Assembly (NCBI GenBank): GCA_944323485.1
Contig: CALUSR010000002.1
Location: 68,048 to 132,047 of the forward strand
Origin: Candidatus Gastranaerophilales bacterium
Lineage (GTDB): Bacteria > Cyanobacteriota > Vampirovibrionia > Gastranaerophilales > CAJFVJ01
Reading direction: 5' to 3'
Length of the DNA stretch: 64,000 nt
This document shows positions 25,495-32,746 of the stretch, in pieces. The notes under the pieces are model-generated. The model saw only the letters and a program-made list of their open reading frames with translations. It had not been told where the DNA came from and searched no databases. Each line of letters begins with the position of its first letter. Position 1 is the stretch's first letter. Both the position numbers and the translations under genes were made by a program.

Positions 25495-27300
25495 TTACGC
25501 ATTAAATTTAAACTTTCTAACCCAATCAACACCGTATCTTGCTACATACAAGAATAAAAGTTCTCTGAACCTCAAATACATCCACAACGGTTTGTCATAG
25601 GCCTTATTACATTCAAGAGTACATTTTGCTATCACATCATGCAGTTCTTTTTTGCTCATACCAACACTATCAAAGTCATAGAACGGTGCAAATTCCTGCT
25701 GTTGTTCTTTTATTGATATAATCCCGTACTTTTGAGGATCCTCTCTCAATTTTGTATGTTTGCCCATCGTAAAAACACTTCGTCCATAAGAGTGTATAAC
25801 ATCAACATTATCGCATATTATTTTGATGGTTTTTTCTGCATCTTCTACTGTTTCTGCAGGGAAACCGAAGAAAATAAAAGCAAAATTCCATATCCCTGCA
25901 TCTGTTGAATCTTTCAAAATCTCAAAACGTTTATCGATATCAATACCTTTGTTGATTAACTCCATAACTTTATTTGAACCGGACTCAAAACCCCAGAGAA
26001 TCATTGACAATCCGCTTTTGTAAGCTTTTTCAAGAATTTCTTTGCTGAATGCTCTCTCCAGTCTTGCATTGCAAAAATATTTGACATCAACACCGTTTTT
26101 CAAAAGCTCATCAGCTAATCCCTCCATATAAGAAGGCCCTACTGACTCATCAATAAACTCAAAATGCCTTATTCCGTATTTTTCTTTTATTTCAGAGAGT
26201 TCAGAAACAAACTTTTCAGTATGTTTTACATTGAAGTTCTGACCGAAATCCTGATCGCAAAAACTGCACTTTCTCCAGTAACACCCTCTGCTCGACTGAA
26301 CAGGCATAACTATATCAGCACAAAAATATTTGCTCAAATCATAACCATCAAGAGATATGTTACTCATATCATCAAGTTTCATGGGAATATCTTTTTTCGT
26401 AATAACAGGAGCACCATCTCTGTAGAAGACAAGATTTGGAACATTATCAAACGGAATTTCTCCTGATATAGCTCGCGCCAATTCTACAACAGGTCTTTCT
26501 CCTTCTTCCACCAGAACCGAATCAGCAAAGAGTTCAAAAAATTCTTTTTCTTTTGCAAGGTTGTCTATAACTCTACCGAAGAAATTCCCTCCGATATTCA
26601 CATGCGCTTTTGTTTTTTTCTTCAAAAGATGTGACAGCGTAAGACCTCCGACAATCTGTGTTGATGAGTTTATAGAAATTCCTATATAGTCAACATCTTC
26701 TTCAAGCAAATTATCAACTATCTCATCATAATATTCAATGAAGATGTTTGTATCCTTATCAAAACAGTAATATTTGATATTATCATAAGTCAACTTAAAC
26801 AAAGGATTAGCATAGTTATCAAATGTTATGGAGGTAGGCGTATAAGGCAAAGATGCAATATCAAGACCTGCATCAATAATATTCAACGCTCTGATTAATA
26901 AATCCGGATTATAAAAATCTTTCTCATCCTTAAGAATTGATACTGCTTCATGTATTAAATCAGGAATGTTCTCAAGTTCATACTTTTTCTTTGTTAAATA
27001 TTCTTTTATTTTTGTATACTTCAACATCTTATTCTGAATGTTGAAGGGATAATCCGCAAATTGTTTGGTCGGAGAATGATATTTCGAAATATCCTTCAAT
27101 AACCCCTGAAACATCTTTGATGACTTGTCTATAGATTTAATCAAAAAAGACTTGTTCAAAATTTTATTGTAAAAATCTATATTTAAATCAAATACTTTTG
27201 TTGAAAAACCATTATGCTCAAGCTGACCTTTCAATGAAGGAATGGCAAAATGAGGGCTGAGCGGAGTCCACTGAGGGGGAAATAATAACAAAACTTTCAT
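25495..27300 (-). CDS. B12-binding-domain radical SAM enzyme (class B-like)
   Basis: The N-terminus KVLLLFPPQW...PSLKGQLEHNGF..KVFDLN is cobalamin-domain-like. The cluster motif is SSRGCYWRKCSFC (26257-26283, confirmed at the DNA level). ATG at 27300 has an AGAGGT SD 7 nt upstream; the track start is a TTG at 27306. Confidence 0.8.
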   Translation of the reverse strand: MKVLLLFPPQWTPLSPHFAIPSLKGQLEHNGFSTKVFDLNIDFYNKILNKSFLIKSIDKSSKMFQGLLKDISKYHSPTKQFADYPFNIQNKMLKYTKIKEYLTKKKYELENIPDLIHEAVSILKDEKDFYNPDLLIRALNIIDAGLDIASLPYTPTSITFDNYANPLFKLTYDNIKYYCFDKDTNIFIEYYDEIVDNLLEEDVDYIGISINSSTQIVGGLTLSHLLKKKTKAHVNIGGNFFGRVIDNLAKEKEFFELFADSVLVEEGERPVVELARAISGEIPFDNVPNLVFYRDGAPVITKKDIPMKLDDMSNISLDGYDLSKYFCADIVMPVQSSRGCYWRKCSFCDQDFGQNFNVKHTEKFVSELSEIKEKYGIRHFEFIDESVGPSYMEGLADELLKNGVDVKYFCNARLERAFSKEILEKAYKSGLSMILWGFESGSNKVMELINKGIDIDKRFEILKDSTDAGIWNFAFIFFGFPAETVEDAEKTIKIICDNVDVIHSYGRSVFTMGKHTKLREDPQKYGIISIKEQQQEFAPFYDFDSVGMSKKELHDVIAKCTLECNKAYDKPLWMYLRFRELLFLYVARYGVDWVRKFKFNA

Positions 27301-27379
27301 AAACAAGACCTCTAAGCTGTCTATGTAATTTTAATACCCGTAAGAAATTTATATAACCTATAAAAGAAGGATTTATTAC

Positions 27380-27464
27380 TTTTTGTAACAATTATATAAA
27401 CATTTGAAATATTTATTCGGATATATACTTTATATATATATATACAGAATAAAGGAGAAATTCT
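27380..27464 (+). promoter_or_regulatory. upstream module copy A (putative promoter/leader) of the EF-hand paralogue
   Basis: TTTTTGTAACA (27380-27390), then ~30 nt, then ATATATACTTTATATATATAT (27421-27441), then AATAAAGGA SD. The same ordered blocks recur at 28316-28405. Confidence 0.4.
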
Positions 27465-28298
27465 ATGGCAAAACGAGTAAGCGTAGTGGGCGCATATGCG
27501 AATATTGGCAGCAGCGAGTATGAATACGAAGACGAAGAACAGCTTCAACAACAAAATCAAAAACTTCAGCAACTAAAAAGCAATGATTATATAAGCTCCG
27601 GAAAAGTACACCTCTCAAAAGACATGGAAACATCAAAAAAAATTATCAATTCTCTTGATGATAGTATTAAACAAGAATTAATCAGCAGCTTTGACTGCGA
27701 AGCTGATTACCAGCTGCAAAAAGATATAGCCGCATACTTTGGCAGCAGAACGGGAATAAACAACCATGAACTGAACGGCACAATTAACATCAACGGAAAA
27801 ACCATACAGGTTACAAGCAAAAAAAGCGAAGTAGCAGTTGATTTCTTCAACGAAACAAACGGCATGAACCATGGAGCAATTGCCATATTTACATTCACAG
27901 ACCCATCAACCGGTGCAGAAATTAAAATAGCAGACGCAAACGGCAATGGTGTAATCGAAACAGAAGAATTATTCTTCAATGAACTGCTCACAGATATCAA
28001 CACTGAAATCATGAATACAAACAACAATCCTCAAGAAGGACTGCAACAACCTGATATTTCTGATTTCTTTAAAGATGACAACGACAATACCTCCAAAGAA
28101 GCGGAATCAATATCCAAACAAGAAATTGATGAAATACGTCGTGAAAGAATAGAAGAACTCTACAGAGAAATTCTTGAAGACAACCCGAACATAAACCCCT
28201 ATGAAGCCAGACTTCAGGCAGAAAATCAGGCTGAAGATGAAATTCTAAGCAACTATTCACAACAGCTAAATGGTGAATATACAAGGATTGTAGCGTAA
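27465..28298 (+). CDS. acidic protein with a single canonical EF-hand loop
   Basis: 277 aa. DANGNGVIETEE fits the 12-residue EF-hand loop (D1, N3, N5, G6, I8, E12). No signal peptide. Paralogue of 28610..29548. Confidence 0.65.
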   Translation: MAKRVSVVGAYANIGSSEYEYEDEEQLQQQNQKLQQLKSNDYISSGKVHLSKDMETSKKIINSLDDSIKQELISSFDCEADYQLQKDIAAYFGSRTGINNHELNGTININGKTIQVTSKKSEVAVDFFNETNGMNHGAIAIFTFTDPSTGAEIKIADANGNGVIETEELFFNELLTDINTEIMNTNNNPQEGLQQPDISDFFKDDNDNTSKEAESISKQEIDEIRRERIEELYREILEDNPNINPYEARLQAENQAEDEILSNYSQQLNGEYTRIVA

Positions 28299-28315
28299 TT
28301 TTATTAAATTATTAA

Positions 28316-28405
28316 TTTTTGTAACAGAATATACAAAAACAAGAAATTATTTAAATAATATATACTTTATATATATATGTAGTAAACAATAAAGGATGTA
28401 TAACT
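28316..28405 (+). promoter_or_regulatory. upstream module copy B
   Basis: TTTTTGTAACA (28316-28326), then ~31 nt, then the identical 21-mer ATATATACTTTATATATATAT (28358-28378), then AATAAAGGA SD. Confidence 0.4.
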
Positions 28406-28567
28406 ATGAAAATGAAAGATTTTATCATCGACAAATATGAATTAGGAATCAAAGGAAACGGCCGTTTGAGCGAAGAACCTCTAAAAATAAGCTCACTAAA
28501 AGACTTCCCTCTTGAAAAATGTGAATATCTTTCAATGGGCGGCAATGGCAACGGATTTAGTTTATAA
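28406..28567 (+). CDS. candidate small protein (53 aa), absent from the ORF track
   Basis: Sequence MKMKDFIIDKYELGIKGNGRLSEEPLKISSLKDFPLEKCEYLSMGGNGNGFSL, stop TAA at 28565-28567. It sits exactly where copy A places its gene start, with SD AAAGGA 9 nt upstream. It is followed 42 nt later by 28610, which has its own SD. Confidence 0.35.
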   Translation: MKMKDFIIDKYELGIKGNGRLSEEPLKISSLKDFPLEKCEYLSMGGNGNGFSL

Positions 28568-28609
28568 GTTCAGATAATTTTTAACTATACGAATAAAGGA
28601 GATATTAAC

Positions 28610-29548
28610 ATGCGTATTTTTGAAGCAGCAGCAACAGGAAATGTACAAAACATCGAAGCGCCGGATCCGGCTGATTACAGCTCTCAGGAAGAGTATGAAC
28701 AAGCTGTAGAAGACTATGAAAACGAAGTCAAAAACAGTTCAAGTTCAACAGGCTCACAATCAACATCGCTAGGATCAGGACAATTCCTATCAGCAGGTTT
28801 AAAAGACAAATATAAATCAAACACCGGTTATGAAAACTTTAGAAAATATTTCAATGACCTTAGTCCAAATATTGTTCAGGATTGCTTGAGCACATTTGAC
28901 TCACAAGCTGACCTGGCAATGCAGCAGACAATTGCAGAAGCTCTATATGGCAGCGGAAGAGCAACAGTTAACATAAATGAACTGCAAGGCATTCTCAGTT
29001 CAAAAGGTATCACCGTTTCAACAGAATATGTATCGGCGCAATACCGTGTTGATGAATTTGCAGTCGGCGGCGATGGATACGTTACAAACGGTGCCATAAC
29101 AGTTATGACATTCAAAGATGCAAACGGCGGCGAAATCAAAATCGCAGATGCCAACGGCAACGCAGCTCTTGAAACAGATGAGTTGTTTATGAACGAAATT
29201 CTAGGCGGTATCACAACTGATATCGGAAATATGGGTACTGCGCCTGTCGGCGGTCTTGAAGAGGAAGAAGATCCGCTGAAGCAAAAGATGGATGAATTGC
29301 TCAAAGATATAACATCACATGATTCATCAAAAACGAATACTAACAAAGAAAATAACGATAATACCCAAGAAACGGAATTTTCAGAAGACGATAAACAACA
29401 AATAAAAGCTGCATATGAATATGCACTTGAAGAATTGGAAAAAGAAAATCCTGAAGCAAGCGATTCTGAACTGGAAGAATTAGCTGAAAATTATGTCAGA
29501 ACAGCTCTGGGAGTTTCTTATGATGTATCATTAAGCAATATTCTTTAA
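28610..29548 (+). CDS. acidic protein with a single EF-hand-like loop, paralogue
   Basis: 312 aa. The loop is DANGNAALETDE. It shares GAI.(V/I).TF.D...G.EIKIADANGN...ET(E/D)ELF.NE(L/I)L and an SFD(C/S)(E/Q)AD block with 27465..28298. SD AAAGGAGA. Confidence 0.65.
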   Translation: MRIFEAAATGNVQNIEAPDPADYSSQEEYEQAVEDYENEVKNSSSSTGSQSTSLGSGQFLSAGLKDKYKSNTGYENFRKYFNDLSPNIVQDCLSTFDSQADLAMQQTIAEALYGSGRATVNINELQGILSSKGITVSTEYVSAQYRVDEFAVGGDGYVTNGAITVMTFKDANGGEIKIADANGNAALETDELFMNEILGGITTDIGNMGTAPVGGLEEEEDPLKQKMDELLKDITSHDSSKTNTNKENNDNTQETEFSEDDKQQIKAAYEYALEELEKENPEASDSELEELAENYVRTALGVSYDVSLSNIL

Positions 29549-29567
29549 TACAACAGACCACTACAAT

Positions 29568-29607
29568 AAAAAAGAGCCTCTTTTATAAGAGAGGCTCCTT
29601 TTTTTTA
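29568..29607. terminator. bidirectional rho-independent terminator
   Basis: An A-run, then GAGCCTCT (29574-29581), an 8-nt loop, AGAGGCTC (29590-29597), then a T8 run. It lies between convergent genes. Confidence 0.7.
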
Positions 29608-29621
29608 TCCGTTAAATAAGC

Positions 29622-30137
29622 TTAAAATTCGTTATCAACATATTCCTGTACTTTATCTTCAAATGTTGATTTGTCAAAAATCAAACTTGAATCAATCTGT
29701 TCTTTTTTGTTTGTTTTCGGATTAACTACATAAACAGTCGGGAAGTATTGAATTTGATATTCTTCCATCAACTTTTGATTTTTTGCATCTTCAGAGTTGA
29801 TTGTGACAAAGTTAACCTTGCCTTTGAATTCTTTGCTGACTTCATCATAGATTGGAGCAAGTCTCTGGCAATGAGGACACCAGTCGGCATAAAAATCAAT
29901 AACGACAAGTTTGTTCTCTTTCATTGCTTTTTCATAAGAAACACCGGTTTTATATTCCGATGGGAGTTTTGTATCTCCGGCACCTGCCTGTTCATCTGAT
30001 TCTTTCAGCTCAACCTTCGGCACTGCTGGATTTTGAGCCTGATATGTATATATCGCATTCAAAATCAACCCTGATGACACCAGAGCAATAATCAAAGACA
30101 GCGTTGCCAGTACAAAATATAGTGCAACTTTTTTCAT
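29622..30137 (-). CDS. membrane-anchored thioredoxin-family protein
   Basis: WCPHC active site in the context FYADWCPHCQRLAPIY. N-terminal TM segment. The ATG at 30137 has a GAGGA SD; alternative ATG at 30152. Confidence 0.8.
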   Translation of the reverse strand: MKKVALYFVLATLSLIIALVSSGLILNAIYTYQAQNPAVPKVELKESDEQAGAGDTKLPSEYKTGVSYEKAMKENKLVVIDFYADWCPHCQRLAPIYDEVSKEFKGKVNFVTINSEDAKNQKLMEEYQIQYFPTVYVVNPKTNKKEQIDSSLIFDKSTFEDKVQEYVDNEF

Positions 30138-30188
30138 ATTTTTTATCCTCATAAACTAACTAATTCTGACAAAATAAATGTTTATTAT

Positions 30189-30224
30189 TTCGCTTTCATC
30201 GTGATGATACCACATGAGAGCGAA
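30189..30224 (-). terminator. possible terminator hairpin downstream of the GH13 gene
   Basis: TTCGCTTTCAT (30189-30199) pairs with ATGAGAGCGAA (30114+100=30214-30224), with one mismatch and a 14-nt loop. Only a modest U-rich tail on the minus strand. Confidence 0.3.
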
Positions 30225-30248
30225 AAATGTCTACTTTATTTATATGAA

Positions 30249-32597
30249 CTATCCGACTTTTTTGAAGAAAGAAATACTGTTTGCTGATAAAGAAATAGAA
30301 GATGAATTATTTCCATCAGAATTAATTGCACTTCTGTTCATGTGTTTTCCTGAACCCGCATATTTGATGTCATCACTGTTAATAACCTCCTGCCAGACTC
30401 CTTGCGGGAATTTTAGGTTCAAGTTATTACTATAAAATTTATCGTCAAAATTCTTGACAACAAAAAATTCTTCGCCGTCTTTCACAACATGATGAGCATG
30501 AACACTATCTTGTATAACAGTTCCATTGTTCGGAATATAACCGTATTTCAACGCCATGCTGTTTTCGACCAAATCATTCATATCATTGCCGAAGCGTTCA
30601 AGCTGGCTGAATATAGCTTTATAATAAGGATTATATTTTATTCTTCCTGGCAAACAATCCTCATATGCAGTTGCAATATCATAACCTTTTTCTTTGATTG
30701 ATTTCTCCCTTTCAGCAAGTTTTTGTTCCGGAGTCATCTTTGAATAGTCTGATGTTTCCCTGAAAAATTTGAAAGGAACTAAAGAACCTTTTTCATCTCC
30801 CTGAAAGAACATCTTTGGTCCTGGAATCGAATATGACGTTCCAAGAGCAAGTTTATGCAACGCTACAGATGCATTAAAAGCATCTTTCACTACATTCATC
30901 GGAATGAAGTTAATAATATCATTATCTTTCAAAAAAGCTTCCCATTTTGCAGAATTTGTAATATTTCCCGCAACAAGATTTTCAATAATTCTTTGTCCTG
31001 TTTGAGCCGCTCTTTGACCGACCTCCGAACTGGAATGTCCCTTGATGTTATAGAAAAGATTAAGACGCTGCGTAAAAATCTTGCTCAAAAGTCTTGTTCC
31101 ATCAATATTTCCTATTTCATCATGGCTCATCATATATTTGACACGATTTGTTGAATTTTTCAGAGATGAATCAAACTCATACATATTTCCATCTCCCTTT
31201 ATCATCTGATTAAGAGAATGGAAAAATACAAAATCCCACTCACTGTCAAAACCGATTTCATTCAACGGAGGAATCCCCCAGTTGCTGTTTACCCTTTCAA
31301 CATCATTATCTATCTGTTTTATATAATTTTCATGGCTTATATTTGAAGGTCTTTGAGGAGTGGTTATTTTCTTGCGGTTTCCATCTCCGTCTTCAGCAAT
31401 CAAAAATGTATCCGGATAGTGTTCGTTCAACTCTGCAACCATCTGCTTTAGAGTAAAATCAGACCCCATATACATAGGTTTTGTCATATCAAACCTGAGC
31501 CCGTCAACTTTATAATTTTTTACCCAATGAAGCCCTAGATTTGATATCCAATCTCTGACATATCTGTTGTCATCGCCTTCGTAGTTGAATACAGCGCCAA
31601 AGGCTCCGTGCCCTTTTTCATAAGGACCTGTTCTCGCAAGCATATCGCCGTCTGGTCCCATATGATTCGGAACAATATCCATTATCACATTCAACCCAAG
31701 ACCGTGTGCATGGTCAATGAGTTCTTTTAGCTTATCAGGGCCTCCCAACTTTTCATTTACGGCAAATTTATCAACCCCGTCATAAGACCAGCCCTTTGAA
31801 TAGGTACCGTCTATCGGCATTATTTCGATGGTATTTGCAATACCGCTTTTGGCTATTTTTTCAAAAGCTGCTTTTGCCGATTCAAAATCACCTTCTTTGG
31901 TCAGAGTAGGAATATTTACTTCCATAATCCTGAGAGCTCCGACTCCCTGCATGCCTGTGCCGACTTTTCTGCTTATTCTTCGAGGGTCTTTGCCGTTTAT
32001 CCAGTCAGTATTTTTCCATTTATATTCCCCATGGTCATATAAAGTTGACCATCCCATAATATGCTCTTGTTTTTGAGCATAAGGGTCTTTCACCTTTTCA
32101 ATAACCCCATCTGATTTGACTATCAGATATCTGTATCTGTCACCTTTTTGAGCAGGAATATCATGAGCAGAAAAAACACCGTCAGATTTGTTTGTCATCT
32201 CATAAATCTTTGAGTTTTTATCTTTAGGGCTTATTTTGACATCTCCGTCTTCTGAATTTTCTACGATTATTCCTCTTTCATCAATATTATCAAAATTCGC
32301 CGCATTCTTTTTACCGGACATAACTTCTATATAAACTTTTTTCGCATCAGGAAAAGAAAACAGTTTGAAATCAGCAGTACCATCAGAATTTAGGCGTGGT
32401 TCCCAGCTGTTGTGTTCTTCTACGCTGCGCCCGAAAGATAAAATATTATGGCGAAAAGCAGAAGAAGGAATATTATTCGAAAGAGAAAGAGGTGTTGATA
32501 CAGAGTTATCAGACGATTTTATATCATTAGTTTTTGATAATTTGTTATGATTTTTATTAAAAAATAAGCGTTCTCTTAACTCGTTATCTACAAACAT
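30249..32597 (-). CDS. GH13 alpha-amylase-family enzyme (TreZ/branching-enzyme-like, N-terminal E-set/CBM48-like region)
   Basis: GH13 regions: I NVIMDIVPNHMG, II VDGLRFDMTK, III FLIAEDGD, IV YMMSHDEIGN. The block GWSYDGVDKFAVNEKLGGPDKLKELIDHAHGLGL is also present. ATG at 32597 has a GAGAGGTG SD; the track GTG start is 32603. No signal peptide. Confidence 0.85.
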   Translation of the reverse strand: MFVDNELRERLFFNKNHNKLSKTNDIKSSDNSVSTPLSLSNNIPSSAFRHNILSFGRSVEEHNSWEPRLNSDGTADFKLFSFPDAKKVYIEVMSGKKNAANFDNIDERGIIVENSEDGDVKISPKDKNSKIYEMTNKSDGVFSAHDIPAQKGDRYRYLIVKSDGVIEKVKDPYAQKQEHIMGWSTLYDHGEYKWKNTDWINGKDPRRISRKVGTGMQGVGALRIMEVNIPTLTKEGDFESAKAAFEKIAKSGIANTIEIMPIDGTYSKGWSYDGVDKFAVNEKLGGPDKLKELIDHAHGLGLNVIMDIVPNHMGPDGDMLARTGPYEKGHGAFGAVFNYEGDDNRYVRDWISNLGLHWVKNYKVDGLRFDMTKPMYMGSDFTLKQMVAELNEHYPDTFLIAEDGDGNRKKITTPQRPSNISHENYIKQIDNDVERVNSNWGIPPLNEIGFDSEWDFVFFHSLNQMIKGDGNMYEFDSSLKNSTNRVKYMMSHDEIGNIDGTRLLSKIFTQRLNLFYNIKGHSSSEVGQRAAQTGQRIIENLVAGNITNSAKWEAFLKDNDIINFIPMNVVKDAFNASVALHKLALGTSYSIPGPKMFFQGDEKGSLVPFKFFRETSDYSKMTPEQKLAEREKSIKEKGYDIATAYEDCLPGRIKYNPYYKAIFSQLERFGNDMNDLVENSMALKYGYIPNNGTVIQDSVHAHHVVKDGEEFFVVKNFDDKFYSNNLNLKFPQGVWQEVINSDDIKYAGSGKHMNRSAINSDGNNSSSISLSANSISFFKKVG

Positions 32598-32702
32598 ACA
32601 CACCTCTCAAGAATTTATACAAAAATATTATTACAGTGTAAATATATAAAAAGCAAACATAAAATTATTTGCTATGATTAAAAGCTTTATTAAAAAAAAT
32701 AT

Positions 32703-32744
32703 ACAAAAAAAGAGGTATAGCTGATATCAGTTATACCTCTTTTT
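32703..32744 (-). terminator. strong rho-independent terminator ending the four-gene operon
   Basis: A near-perfect 30-nt palindrome, AGAGGTATAGCTGATATCAGTTATACCTCT (32711-32740), gives a 14-bp stem including one G-U pair. It is flanked by an A-run and T-run, so the minus-strand RNA gets a U-tract. It starts 7 nt after the TAG of the 1334-aa gene. Confidence 0.75.
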
Positions 32745-32746
32745 CT

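Noticed and set aside
27421-27445. TA-dinucleotide runs (tatatatatata) and other short AT repeats as a possible CRISPR or tandem-repeat array.
   Set aside because: There is no repeat-spacer periodicity and no cas genes. These are simple-sequence promoter-region elements.
28351-28551. Track ORF of 66 aa on the minus strand between the EF-hand paralogues.
   Set aside because: It has no SD and sits antisense to a plus-strand 53-codon ORF that is placed precisely behind the duplicated SD/promoter module. The plus-strand reading is the better hypothesis.
25495-28567. RiPP-type cluster: a B12-rSAM maturase acting on the 53-aa peptide or on the EF-hand proteins.
   Set aside because: There is no recognisable leader/core organisation, protease, transporter or RiPP recognition element. 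The rSAM gene is divergently transcribed and separated from the small ORF by another gene. It is mentioned only as a weak possibility.
28876-29346. Long antisense ORFs from the track. Examples: 28876..29346 (156 aa), 49043..49516 (157 aa), 36158..36616 (152 aa), 33342..33782 (146 aa), 37594..38004 (136 aa), 2667..3062 (131 aa), 11356..11748 (130 aa), 38649..39029 (126 aa).
   Set aside because: Each lies entirely opposite a longer ORF that has domain-level signatures or strong SD/coupling signals. Their translations are low-complexity (S/F/I/L/C-rich) as expected from the reverse complement of AT-rich coding sequence. None has a convincing SD.
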